Assembly (NCBI GenBank): GCA_963775895.1
Contig: CAVZKL010000012.1
Span: 11,742 to 75,741, forward strand
Origin: Candidatus Bathyarchaeota archaeon
GTDB taxonomy: Archaea > Thermoproteota > Bathyarchaeia > Bathyarchaeales > Bathycorpusculaceae
Length of the DNA: 64,000 nucleotides
Reading direction: 5' to 3'
The notes below the pieces were generated by a model. It was not told the DNA's origin and did no database searches. It saw only the letters and a list, made by a program, of their open reading frames with translations. The translations under genes and the position numbers were made by a program. Positions 9,194 to 19,371 of this stretch are shown here, one piece after another. Numbering within the stretch: the stretch's first letter is position 1; every line of letters begins with the position of its first letter.

Positions 9194-9463
9194 TCAGTGG
9201 CGCTTCAGGAACGTCTCAACATCGTTTTTCTGTACACCCCTCAAAAGTAACCTCTTCTCCTTGGAAGAGAAACCGGAGATCAGCTTGACTTGCGCGTGAA
9301 AGAGTCTCGAGAATTCTTTCACTATTTCTTTGTTTACTTTGCCTTTAACCGGCTCCTCGGTGCAGAAAACGATGATGTCTTCTCCTTCAACCGACACTTT
9401 GAAGTCTCGAGCTCGCGGCTTAACGGTGACTTCTAGAATGCAACCTTCCTTGGTTTCGATCAC
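9194..9463 (-). CDS. DUF167/UPF0235 (YggU) family protein
   Basis: LEVTVKPRA...PVKGKVNKEIVKEF...LISGFSSKEK; GTG start at 9463 is inferred. Confidence 0.85.
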   Translation of the reverse strand: MIETKEGCILEVTVKPRARDFKVSVEGEDIIVFCTEEPVKGKVNKEIVKEFSRLFHAQVKLISGFSSKEKRLLLRGVQKNDVETFLKRH

Positions 9464-9566
9464 GTAAATCGCGCCTTTGCTTAACTTGCGGTAGGGCATG
9501 ATAGATAGCATAGTCTGGCGAAACAAATAAGCCATAAGCTCGACTCTACAATTGCAGGAACCTGCG

Positions 9567-10686
9567 ATGAAACATCCGTCACTGTATTTGGATTGGTACA
9601 CTCAACGTGCCCAAAGTGAGGTACAATTTCCTTTCAAGCGGTATATCCTATTCAAAACACGTTCTAAACTTGGGCGAAGTGGACTTGTCCACAACCTATG
9701 ATCATGGCAACCCGGAGACGATAGAGCGGATTGCTCGCTGGTACGGTGCTAACCCCGAAAACGTGTTTCTGTCAAGCGAGGGAGCTTCAGGTCAGAACGC
9801 GCGCATAATCAGATATCTCTCTGAAAGAAACCCCAAGAAGAAGGAGGCATTGGTGGAGTACCCCACCTATGAGCCGCTTCTGAGAGCCGTTCAAGAGCAT
9901 TTTACTCGTGTGAATAAGGCTCGAAAGAAAGGAGAGCGACGGATACGGACTTGACGTAGACAGGTTGCGGAAAGGCTGTGTCAGAAAACACAGGATTGCT
10001 TGCACTGACGAACCCTCATGCACCCAGCGGCGCGATACTAGATCGCAAGTTGCTTCAAAGAAGTGATGAACATTGCCCATGAATACGGGTTCTACGTTTT
10101 ATGCGATGAAATCTACGCTGAATTCGATCGCTAGGCTGTGCCCACACTTTTCTCTGCTGATCCGGAACTGGGCATCGTCACGACGAGTTTCACCAAAGCT
10201 TATGGGCTTGGTGGACTAAAACTGGGCATCGCTTTGGCTGAAAAAGGACTCGTCGCTGAGCTGTACACAGACGTTTTGAACACCGTGGGCAATAGCCCGA
10301 ACGTCGTGCAGATCGTTGCGACAGAGTTGGTTAGCAAGGCAAAAGAGGATCTTGAGATACACAAACAGAAATGGAATAATCTGAAAAAGAAAACTGAGAA
10401 ATGGTTTGCTGAGAATGAGATGGAATATTTTCCGAACAGATCCGGCGTCACCTATTGGGTCAGATTTCCCGTTGAGGACACGTACAAATGGGTAAATCGA
10501 ATGGCGATCCCGAAGCACAGTCTCGCAGCAGTTCCCGGAGCTTTCTTCCTTTTCGAAGAGAATACCGAGCTAAAGCGTTCGAACATGATTAGGCTAGGGC
10601 TCGGTGCTATAGATCCTGAGAAATCCGAATTGGAAGAAGCCCTTGGAACGCTTGGCAAAGCCATCAAAGAAAGCAACCTTGCCTGA
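9567..10686 (+). pseudogene. Class I/II PLP-dependent aminotransferase, broken in this assembly
   Basis: Stitched read MKHPSLYLDWY / VPKVRYN..PTYEPL / LTNPHAPSG / CDEIYAEF / SFTKAYGLGGLKLG; four +1 shifts (~9603, 9913, 9972, 10056) and an in-frame TAG at 10132. Confidence 0.8.
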
Positions 10687-10763
10687 TCAACAACAAGAAT
10701 AAAGACTTCCTGTGACTTCTATTTTCAAATTCCAACAGCGGACACGACGCAGGATCTGTTCGG

Positions 10764-11954
10764 ATGACGGGGTATAGACGCTTCCTGTCCTTGGCTTTCC
10801 CTTCAGAAGCATTGACACGTGACGTCATGTTGATTTGCTTATCAAACATCATCGGAGCGTTTGGCGAGGGACTCTACTTCTGGGTTTTCCCATTGTACGT
10901 GCGATCATTACAGGCGAACTACCTGCAGCTGGGGATAGTCTTGTCCGCTCTGATGGGTTTCGCTGCTCTCGTTGTCCTGCCCGGAGGCTTGCTTGCAGAC
11001 AGGTTCGATCGAAAGAAAATAATGATACTATCCTGGACTCCATGGGTGTTGGCTCCACTGATCTACTCTTTTGCCGAAAACTGGGTACAACTGATCCCCG
11101 GAACCTTCTGCTTTGGCATTTCGATGATAGGGATTCCGGCTGTCAATGCTTACGTAATAACTTCTGTGCACAACAAGAAAAAGATAACTCAAGCTCTTTC
11201 ACTGATCTGGTCAAGCTACTTCTTCAGCTACATTTTTGCCCCAGCAACGGGAGGGTACCTAGCCACCTTAATAGGAATGCGATGGGTCTTACGCCTCGCT
11301 GCGATATTCTGTGCCACCGCGACCAGTATCTTCTTCTTCATTCATAGCCAACATCCACAAAAAGTGGACATTGAGGAACCGAGTGAGTCGTTGACAGCGG
11401 CAGATGAAAAGAAACGGTGGCGAAAAATCATTCTCTGGTCAGCCTTTCTTGCTTCGGCCTTCTTCTTCATAAACATCGGCAGACCCTACGTGCAGACGTT
11501 CCTAGCTGAGGGTATCAAAATGACAGAGTTTGAGGTCGGATTGTTCGGTTCAATCAGTTACGCAGGGTTAACATTCATAGGGATTGCTATTGCCCGAATT
11601 GGGGACGCGTGGAGAAAATCAGGTGCAATGGGAATCTGCCTTCTACTCTATGCTGTTTCGATGATTCCTCTGCTGTTGACAGGTAACATTGGTTTTCTAA
11701 TGGTCACCGCATTCTTCCTAGGCGGATCGGCGGGATCAAACGCCCTTTCAAACGCCTATGCGGGAGCGATTGCGCCTAAATCGAAAAGAGGTCTTTGGCT
11801 CTCTATTCCCCTGGCGGCGGCTTCGATCGCGTCGTTCATGGCGCCCTACTTGGGCGGGTATTTGTACACGTTTTCCCCAGCATACACATTCATAATCTCC
11901 ATGACTGCCATGCCTCTTCTCGTTGCTTACGCGATGGTGAAGTTGAAGGATTAG
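10764..11954 (+). CDS. MFS transporter
   Basis: About 12 TM segments; motif A GGLLADRFDRKK. Confidence 0.92.
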   Translation: MTGYRRFLSLAFPSEALTRDVMLICLSNIIGAFGEGLYFWVFPLYVRSLQANYLQLGIVLSALMGFAALVVLPGGLLADRFDRKKIMILSWTPWVLAPLIYSFAENWVQLIPGTFCFGISMIGIPAVNAYVITSVHNKKKITQALSLIWSSYFFSYIFAPATGGYLATLIGMRWVLRLAAIFCATATSIFFFIHSQHPQKVDIEEPSESLTAADEKKRWRKIILWSAFLASAFFFINIGRPYVQTFLAEGIKMTEFEVGLFGSISYAGLTFIGIAIARIGDAWRKSGAMGICLLLYAVSMIPLLLTGNIGFLMVTAFFLGGSAGSNALSNAYAGAIAPKSKRGLWLSIPLAAASIASFMAPYLGGYLYTFSPAYTFIISMTAMPLLVAYAMVKLKD

Positions 11955-12065
11955 CTACGTCGCGTTGAATGTTCGTAGTTGCATCAGCCGTTCAAGCTGG
12001 GCTCTCATCAGTAGACGCCCAATAAGCCTATTAGACCACGGCACGCAAGATTCTCATGATGACCA

Positions 12066-12761
12066 TTGTCCCGCGAGGATAATAAGGCAATCAGATGCCC
12101 TGTCTGTGGCGCGCCATACAAAAAGGTCGTCCCCTCTGACGTTTCGCAACTCAACTGCGATTATTGCGGAGCGACTTTCAGAGTACCTCCAGGTGAGGGT
12201 GGGGAACTTCCGCGGTGTGAGAACCACCCTGAAAGATACGCAGCTGGTAAATGCAACGACTGTGGAGGAGAGTTTTGCAGTGAATGCCTGCAAACCTATG
12301 AATTTAACACGCGAGATGGCAACGCCGAACTTTACTTGTGTCCTGACTGTCTCAGAAATAGGAAGACTGGCCAGGCGAATTCTTTCGTCTTGGGAGGAAC
12401 AATGTTCGCGGTTGTTGGAATTCTATTCTCGATTTTTGCATGGCAAGTTGGGATAGCGTTCATCATATTAGGAGGAGTCTCAATTGCGTATGGCGCCTCA
12501 AGGAAGCCGGGGTTACCAACGACTCCTGAAAAGCCGGAAGCTGACAGAGAAGAAACAGAAGGAACAGAAGAACCGTCGGAAAGCGATTGGGAAGAAGCTG
12601 ACAAGCTTTACGGCACTCTTCTCGAAAAATATGGGGAACATTGGGGGATTTCGTCGGGTGCAAGTCTTCTTGAAGATGAGATAAAAGCCTACACGTGGGA
12701 TGGCTACACTTGGCCAGAAGCCGTTAGAAAGGTCTACCAACGTCAACAAAAGAAAACCTAG
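12066..12761 (+). CDS. Membrane protein with zinc ribbon and B-box-like zinc finger
   Basis: CPVC/CDYC; CENHP...CNDC...FCSEC...LCPDC; two TM helices; acidic linker. Confidence 0.75.
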   Translation: MSREDNKAIRCPVCGAPYKKVVPSDVSQLNCDYCGATFRVPPGEGGELPRCENHPERYAAGKCNDCGGEFCSECLQTYEFNTRDGNAELYLCPDCLRNRKTGQANSFVLGGTMFAVVGILFSIFAWQVGIAFIILGGVSIAYGASRKPGLPTTPEKPEADREETEGTEEPSESDWEEADKLYGTLLEKYGEHWGISSGASLLEDEIKAYTWDGYTWPEAVRKVYQRQQKKT

Positions 12762-12864
12762 CCGTTCCGCCTAGAGAACCCTGCGCAACACGCTGTTCTT
12801 CTTCGACCTTCCAAGAATGCGCAACATGATTGAACATGAGATGGACTGAGCGATTGAGGCTCGG

Positions 12865-13899
12865 TCAGAACCAGGTTTTGTAATGTTTGAAGTTGCCGAG
12901 CCACAAGAATACGAGACCAGCGATCGCCCCTAACATCAGAACAGGTCCCAGATCTGTTTGTTGGGGGACCGTGGTCTTGATCTCCACTTGGGCACTCCAC
13001 GTAGATGTGGGAGTGTTGTACTTAGCGAGTGTTTCAAGAGCTTGCTGCAGCTCTCCGTAGTCTGTGGATTCCATGAACTTTCCGCCGGTGTCATTCGCTA
13101 TCGATTTCATGAGGTCAGGGTTGGAATCCAACCCCATTTTTGCCACGTGAACAGTGTAAATGGGCACTCGAGCACTAATTGCTTTGTCGACGGCGTTCTT
13201 CACGGAAGTCAGCGGGTCAGGATAACCGTAGTTGGCGTATCCGTCTGATATCAGGATAATGGCGTAGGCTCTGTCAGACGACGCGTAGGGTGCCAAGAGG
13301 TTAACCGCGGCCTCAATTCCGTATCCAACGTCCGTCCTCTCTTCAAGACATGGCAATGCTTCACTTTGACGGAGTCCATTCAGGGTTGAAATGGCTAGTT
13401 GTTTGTCTTGGGTGAGTGGAAGCGAATTCTTTATTTCAGCCTCAAAGGCCACAATGCCAAATCTGACCGTTTGACTCGAGTTCTCGACAAACTTGACGAG
13501 TAAGTCCTTCGTGGCTTCCAACCTTGAGGGGTTCACATCGTTAAACCCCATTGATGCAGAAACGTCCACGGCAAACACGATACCGCCAACGAGGTCCTTT
13601 TCTTGAACCATTGGAACATCCGTTTTTCTGGTTACCTCGGTGGTGGTCAGAACAACTGGACCCGCCAGACTGAAAGCGATGAGAACTATTATCCCGAGTT
13701 TTAGGGCGAGACTTATTCCTCTCCAAGCCTGCCGTGCAAGACCTTTTTGCGCACTTATTCTGACAAGCCTTCTCAGCGGTGGGTAATGGAAAACCTCCAA
13801 TCCTCTTTTGATTTTCTGTGCGAAGTAGTGACTCATGAAAGTCAACGCTATGAAGAGCGGAAGGAGAAGTATCAACTGCGGGGTTGCGAAGTCTATCAA
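12865..13899 (-). CDS. BatA/BatB-like membrane VWA-domain protein
   Basis: N-terminal F-x-x-P plus TM pair, MIDAS DVSASM, PSRLE, LISDG, TGG, C-terminal TM. Confidence 0.9.
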   Translation of the reverse strand: MIDFATPQLILLLPLFIALTFMSHYFAQKIKRGLEVFHYPPLRRLVRISAQKGLARQAWRGISLALKLGIIVLIAFSLAGPVVLTTTEVTRKTDVPMVQEKDLVGGIVFAVDVSASMGFNDVNPSRLEATKDLLVKFVENSSQTVRFGIVAFEAEIKNSLPLTQDKQLAISTLNGLRQSEALPCLEERTDVGYGIEAAVNLLAPYASSDRAYAIILISDGYANYGYPDPLTSVKNAVDKAISARVPIYTVHVAKMGLDSNPDLMKSIANDTGGKFMESTDYGELQQALETLAKYNTPTSTWSAQVEIKTTVPQQTDLGPVLMLGAIAGLVFLWLGNFKHYKTWF

Positions 13900-13902
13900 T
13901 TA

Positions 13903-14877
13903 CTAGACCCCCGTGAACCATGTTAGAAACAGACAACAAACGAGCAGTGAGGCAAAGATCACCAATGCCGTATGATAGTCTCTTGCCTCGAACGGAAGTT
14001 CATTGAGAACCATCTTCAGTGCCCCAACTTTAACTTGCTGAGAGAAACCGGCAATCTCTCTCGCCAAAGTCGTCATCTCCTCAGTTTTGATCTCATGAAA
14101 CACCCCGCCTGTCATGTTTGAAATCTGCCGAAGAGGCTCAGGGTCAGAGTTTCCGATACCGTAGGTACCGACGAAAACCGTGAAAATCGGAATTTTCAAG
14201 GCCGCGGCAGCTTGACCCACTTCGGTCAAGTTTGCTATGCCATAATTGTTTTTTCCGTCTGAAAACAGAACGATAGCTTTTCCGCCCTGCGACTGTCCCA
14301 GGATTCCGATCGCAGCCTCTAACGTGGTTCCGATCGCAGTCGAGTTGTGTAACGACTGGTTGGCAATCAAGTCTGTTACTTCCGTCCGGTTAGCCGTGGG
14401 CAACGCTTCATCGTAGATTCTGCCTGCAAATGAAATGAAACCTATAAGGTCTCCCGGACCCGCATCATTGACAAGAAGCGTGCCAATCTGCTTGGCTGCT
14501 TCGAGGCGCGTTGGGGATAAGTCGGAAGTGTTCATACTGTATGACACATCCATAATCATCATTACTGTCACACTGCTTTTTGCCAACTGATCAGGAGAAA
14601 GGCTTTGGACAGGAATTTTCACCACGGTCGGGAAGTATGGAACGGCCAGCAAGAAGGAAAAAGACACTATGATTCCAACCTTCATGATGATGTTTGTGAC
14701 GTTGACAGCCTTCCTGACTCGCTGCCATTTGACGAGTTCCAACTTTTTTTCTGCTCGTCTGACCCTGTTGTATGATAGGTAGAACAGAACCGTGAAGATT
14801 GCGCCCAGAACGGCGCCGAAAATGCCGAACAATGGATTCTCAAATCTCACAGGGAACTCCAGCATCGAGGCGCCCAC
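13903..14877 (-). CDS. BatA-like membrane VWA-domain protein
   Basis: FENP, TM pair, MIDAS DVSYSM, PTRLEAAK, TAIG, LFSDGKNN, TGG, C-terminal TM. Confidence 0.9.
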   Translation of the reverse strand: MGASMLEFPVRFENPLFGIFGAVLGAIFTVLFYLSYNRVRRAEKKLELVKWQRVRKAVNVTNIIMKVGIIVSFSFLLAVPYFPTVVKIPVQSLSPDQLAKSSVTVMMIMDVSYSMNTSDLSPTRLEAAKQIGTLLVNDAGPGDLIGFISFAGRIYDEALPTANRTEVTDLIANQSLHNSTAIGTTLEAAIGILGQSQGGKAIVLFSDGKNNYGIANLTEVGQAAAALKIPIFTVFVGTYGIGNSDPEPLRQISNMTGGVFHEIKTEEMTTLAREIAGFSQQVKVGALKMVLNELPFEARDYHTALVIFASLLVCCLFLTWFTGV

Positions 14878-14878
14878 C

Positions 14879-16022
14879 TTAACCCTGATCCGGTTGGCCT
14901 CTAATCTGCATCTCGAGGCTGTTCAGCGCAAACTCCAATGCTTTAGAATACCTTTGGATGTCATCCGTCTTTGCTCCCGAAGACCCGCCTTCTCCCTGGG
15001 CCAGCATTGCAAGTCCTTGATCTGCGGCTTGCTGCGCCTTGTCTTTTTCACCGTTTGCAAGGTATGTTGAAGCTTGATTGAATTTCTCAACGCTATTCAG
15101 ATAGTTCTCGAATCTCTGTATATCTTGAGCATCTTTCAGCTGGTTTTTCAAATCATTGGCCAGTATCTTGTGCAGGGCCGTTGAGCAAATTTGGATCTAT
15201 CTCGGAAGCCAGTGAGGCTGCGCTCTGGAACCGCGGGTCTTTAAGTTGTTCAAGTTGCCTAGATAGTTCATTAAGCAGTTGTTGGGCATCTTGGTTTTTG
15301 TTGTTGGCCAGCGCGTGTTGTAGTTTGTCAAGCAAGTCGTTTGTTTTGGTTGCCTCTTGCAGGTAAGCGGTTCCTTCCTTGATTGTTCTCAAGAGTTGAA
15401 CATACTCAAGATAGATTGCCATCGCGTCTTGGAACTCCGCAACAGCATATTTCACCTGGTCTTTCTTGCCAGAGGCTAGATAACGGTAGTTGATTTCCTC
15501 AAGGGTTTGGTTACTCTGTTCGAACTGGTCTGCTAAGGGTTCTAGAGTCTGCAAGCACATGGACGCATTGTCGGAGGCGGACTTGTAGGATCCTTGCCAG
15601 TAGTCGTCCAAGGTCTTTTGCAGGTAATCATTGACGGTCAAGAGATGGTCCGCTCCTTGGTTCATCACTTCGCTCGAGCCGAGCAAAAGAGCGTAGTTTT
15701 GCGCCATGCTGAGAACGAACTCGTCCTTCGTGCGTCTTGCGTACGTTAAACTTGTGTTTGCTTGTTCCTGCGACATCTGGGCAGTTTTCAGCAACACTTT
15801 TGCCTCATCCTGTTGGTCTTTCGTGAAATCTGTTATTGACTGATGGTTCCTGTCAATCGCGGTAAGCGTCGACTCGCCTGATTCTATTGCATCGGTCAAC
15901 GGGTTCCTAACAGCGTTGAAATCTATACCGCTGAGAAGTAGAACGACGACTATCAGAACAAGCACCGTCACAACGAGCGCGAACTTGGCCTTCCGACCTT
16001 TCAGCCTTTGCATCGCATCCAA
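14879..16022 (-). CDS. Membrane-anchored all-helical protein of about 380 aa, split by one frameshift
   Basis: ORFs 15153-16022 and 14879-15151 join if one G near 15160 is removed (DT-AND-LKNQ); N-terminal TM anchor; Ala/Gln/Leu-rich helices. Confidence 0.7.
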
Positions 16023-16077
16023 AGATTATGACTTTTCACAACATATAAGGTTGCCGTGGCAACGCAATGATCAGTGT

Positions 16078-17466
16078 TTAGATCCTATTTCTCCTCCGAT
16101 AATACGTGAAAACCAGAATTATTGGAACCGCAACAAGGAATGGAATCAAGATTCTGTAATCAAATTCCTGAGTCTTCAGTACTGAGAAGTCGGTCAGCGC
16201 GATCATGCCGTTGCTCTGAAGGATCGGCGTGAACGAGATGCTCAATCCCGCAAAATCCATGCTGTTCAGCGAGCCCAAGTTTATCTTTTTTGAAGCGTTC
16301 TCTTCCCCCTTGCTGACGTGAAACGATAGGTCTGAGCCGTTGTAAGTCAAACCTGTTTGAACCGTTTCAGGTTCAAAAATGATTGGAAAGCTGAAACCGT
16401 CAGGGTTTGATTCGTAGGAAACTGCATCCACGGGTTGGCAAAGCACGGTTCCATACTGGTTGACGTCAAACTCTTCGACGCTCGTCAAGGTCAAATTGGC
16501 AACTCGGATCATTGCGTTCGGAAGCCACGAGAATGGAAACGTGGCGTCAGATGAATTCTCGACCATCCTCGGAACAGATACAGCGAGAGAACGCGGAAAA
16601 AGCGGTAGCGGTTGAGGCTGAGTACTCAAAACATCTCCGTCCACCCATCCCAACTGCGGCAACCACACTTGAATCCACGTTTTAAGGTCCGCATTAGTGT
16701 ATGTTCTAGCTGGGATTCCGTCTGCACGAAGCATGGCAGCAGCAAGCAAAGATCTTTCGAAGCAAAAAGAGCGCCCTCCGCTCAAACTCTCCAGAGGATC
16801 GCTGATGAAATCAAGAATGTTCGGAGTGCTCAATGTGCCATTCATGAGAGCTCTGACTTTGTCAGCGTCGTAGATTTGGGTTGCGTTCACATAGTTCAGT
16901 ACGTTCTCGACCGTTTGAATCATAGATTGATTCCACAGAGATTCCGCCAATTGTTTTATCTTTGCATCGTCAGCCGGAATCTTCCGTCCTGGAAGAAGAA
17001 ATGGTTTCACGTCTTCTGGGTAGTCCGTTGGAAAACTTGATGAAACTGGAATAGTGAGATTCTGACTTAAGGTCACTGACGAAGTCCAAGCTAGCGTGTT
17101 TACGTAGTCTCCCTTTTTGAGTGAGTAGTTAGCAGTCAACCAGAGGTTACCGACTTCGTCTTTGTAGAGGTTCACTTTTTGAGCATTAGAGCTAACAAAA
17201 ATAGCCAGCGCATCAACCATGATCGTTGCGACGTGATCAGAGAAGTTCTGCGGAATTGACTCCCACAGCGTAACGTTGGCGTCTTCTTGAGCCTGGAGTT
17301 TCACGTACATGGGTTGCGAAGAGACCATTGCTTCGCTCTCACCGACAGAAGCTTCGAAAGCGCTCATGTGATCCAAAGTTGGCGACGCAAAAGTGTGGGG
17401 GGATGACAAAGGTATAAGAACCAAGTGAAGGAATAGCATAAACACGAGCAGAACAATCTTTCTCAA
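16078..17466 (-). CDS. Exported transglutaminase-like domain protein
   Basis: Signal peptide, IKQLAESL, CFERSLLAAAMLRADGIPAR, WIQVWLPQLGWVDGD, C-terminal TM followed by RRRNR. Confidence 0.85.
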   Translation of the reverse strand: MRKIVLLVFMLFLHLVLIPLSSPHTFASPTLDHMSAFEASVGESEAMVSSQPMYVKLQAQEDANVTLWESIPQNFSDHVATIMVDALAIFVSSNAQKVNLYKDEVGNLWLTANYSLKKGDYVNTLAWTSSVTLSQNLTIPVSSSFPTDYPEDVKPFLLPGRKIPADDAKIKQLAESLWNQSMIQTVENVLNYVNATQIYDADKVRALMNGTLSTPNILDFISDPLESLSGGRSFCFERSLLAAAMLRADGIPARTYTNADLKTWIQVWLPQLGWVDGDVLSTQPQPLPLFPRSLAVSVPRMVENSSDATFPFSWLPNAMIRVANLTLTSVEEFDVNQYGTVLCQPVDAVSYESNPDGFSFPIIFEPETVQTGLTYNGSDLSFHVSKGEENASKKINLGSLNSMDFAGLSISFTPILQSNGMIALTDFSVLKTQEFDYRILIPFLVAVPIILVFTYYRRRNRI

Positions 17467-18386
17467 CGGTACACTCCTTCTCTGGCCAAACGATAAAGTC
17501 CAGCCACCTTGAGTATTTTGACGTCCACCTCGCGAGGACTGTTGAATAGCAGCACTCTTCCACCATAGTAGCTACAGCCTGCCTTTATGTCTTTCAAAAG
17601 TTTGTGAACTTGGCTGTCATATTCCTTTTTTAGCTCGGAAGTGTCAACAACCGTTTTCTGGAATTCTTCGTTTTCTGTGAGAGTCAGCCAACCAACGTCA
17701 GGAAGTTTGATCTCGCTCTCGTCCGCTATCAAGAATATGTTCACCATGTGACCAGCGGCCCACATGAGTCGGTTGAAGAAGACAAAGTCGCTGGCCTCAT
17801 GATTAATGTCTGTGATCAGGTTCACGATCGATCTCCTCGTAAGTGCTCGAGCCACCTCAACAGCCATGGTTCTGAGGTTCGAAGTTTCACTTGCCCTGTA
17901 CGATCTGCACAGCGTGCTCAAAACCCGATACGCCTGTTCAACGCTTCGAGCGGGGGGAAGGAAGAATTCGATCTTGTCCTTGAAAGAGGCCAAACCCACG
18001 TGATCGCCTCTTTTCTGCGCAAGATCCGCTATCACCAAGGCGAGTCTAACGGCGGTGGGAACTTTGTCTCTGTACTCCATGCTGCCACTCTGATCCAAAA
18101 TCAACAGGATGTTTAGATTCTTCTCTTCTCGGTATTGTTTTATGAAAAGAGGGTTCTCTCCGTCGGGTTTGGGAGGCGTTCGTGCGGTGACGCTCCATTC
18201 TATCCGTCTGTAATCATCGCCGAAACTGTACTCTCTTGTGCCCTCATATTCTATACCCAAGCCCAGGTAATGGCTCGGATGCTCACCTTGAAGCGTGGTT
18301 TTGACCTTGCTCTTGATTTCGATAAGCGTTTTCTTTCGGTTTTTGCAGATTTCCAGTATGCGTTGTTTCGGCGGTCCGTTAGGCAC
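17463..18386 (-). CDS. DUF58 domain protein
   Basis: GxGIEY..TREYSFGDDYRRIEWSVTAR, FIKQYREE, LDQSGSM. Confidence 0.93.
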   Translation of the reverse strand: MPNGPPKQRILEICKNRKKTLIEIKSKVKTTLQGEHPSHYLGLGIEYEGTREYSFGDDYRRIEWSVTARTPPKPDGENPLFIKQYREEKNLNILLILDQSGSMEYRDKVPTAVRLALVIADLAQKRGDHVGLASFKDKIEFFLPPARSVEQAYRVLSTLCRSYRASETSNLRTMAVEVARALTRRSIVNLITDINHEASDFVFFNRLMWAAGHMVNIFLIADESEIKLPDVGWLTLTENEEFQKTVVDTSELKKEYDSQVHKLLKDIKAGCSYYGGRVLLFNSPREVDVKILKVAGLYRLAREGVYR

Positions 18387-19371
18387 TCTTAGTCACCGAT
18401 TTTCTCACTATCCTAAGGACCGTTCTTATCACGTCTTCAGGCTGAGCTCCTTCAATTACCATTTCAGCCTTCAAAATCAATCTGTGATTAAGCACGGCGT
18501 AAGCCACGTCTTCGACATCTTCTATTTGAACTACGTCTCTGTCCAGGCAGGCAGCGTAAGCTTTGGCCGTTTTCATCAAGAAGATACCGGCTCGAGGACT
18601 TGCCCCCCAGTTCACCTCTTCTCTGGCCCTGGTGTACCTGACCACGTCTGCAATGTATTGTTTGATCAGAGGGGGAACAGTGACTTTTTCCGCTATCATC
18701 GCCTGCATTTTGCAGATTTGAAGAGGGTCATCAATGACAGTCTTGAACTCTTCAACTGGATCGCTCAACCGCAACTCATGCAAATCAAGAACTTTGATCT
18801 CATCCTCAAGAGTTGAAGGGTATCCCATCTTGATTTTCATTATGAAACGGTCGAGCTGAGCCTCAGGCAACGGATAGGTTCCTTCTTGTTCTATAGGGTT
18901 TTGCGTGGCCATCACAAAGAACGGTTCGTTAAGAGCATAAGTTGTCCCGCCGATCGTCACTTCCCTTTCTTGCATGGCCTGCAGCAACGCGGATTGGGTC
19001 CGCGGAACCGCCCTGTTTATTTCATCGACCAAGAGAAAATTCGTGAAAACCGGCCCAAAATGTGGGCGAAAATCCTGTTTTTTTGGATCATAAATCAATG
19101 TTCCAACGACATCAGTGGGCATAAGATCTGGCGTGCATTGAATTCTGCTAAAGGCTTTCTCTGCTCCGAGATTCAAGGCTTTTGCGAGGCCTTTGGCGAT
19201 CGTGGTTTTGGCGATTCCAGGAACTCCTTCGAGGAGTATGTGTCCTCTTGCAAGCAAGGCGGCTAAGGCAAGTCTTATTTCAGTTTCATATCCGATTACG
19301 GCTTGTTCAAATTCGGCCAGGAGATTGTCGTAGAGCGCTTTGACGACTGACAGATCATTCGTTGAAGACAA
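18379..19371 (-). CDS. moxR: MoxR family AAA+ ATPase
   Basis: GHILLEGVPGIAKT, RIQCTPDLMPTD, DEINRA, ATQNPIEQEGTYPLPEAQLDRF, GASPR. Confidence 0.96.
   Translation of the reverse strand: MSSTNDLSVVKALYDNLLAEFEQAVIGYETEIRLALAALLARGHILLEGVPGIAKTTIAKGLAKALNLGAEKAFSRIQCTPDLMPTDVVGTLIYDPKKQDFRPHFGPVFTNFLLVDEINRAVPRTQSALLQAMQEREVTIGGTTYALNEPFFVMATQNPIEQEGTYPLPEAQLDRFIMKIKMGYPSTLEDEIKVLDLHELRLSDPVEEFKTVIDDPLQICKMQAMIAEKVTVPPLIKQYIADVVRYTRAREEVNWGASPRAGIFLMKTAKAYAACLDRDVVQIEDVEDVAYAVLNHRLILKAEMVIEGAQPEDVIRTVLRIVRKSVTKSA

Noticed and set aside
10132-10134. Pyrrolysine or amber recoding
   Set aside because: TAG ends many intact genes here (e.g. 1101, 6354, 7851, 11954), the same gene carries four indels, and no pyl genes are in the window.
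12780-12850. Repeated TGCGCAACA and a possible C/D-box sRNA
   Set aside because: Only two short copies and a non-canonical box C; compatible with chance.
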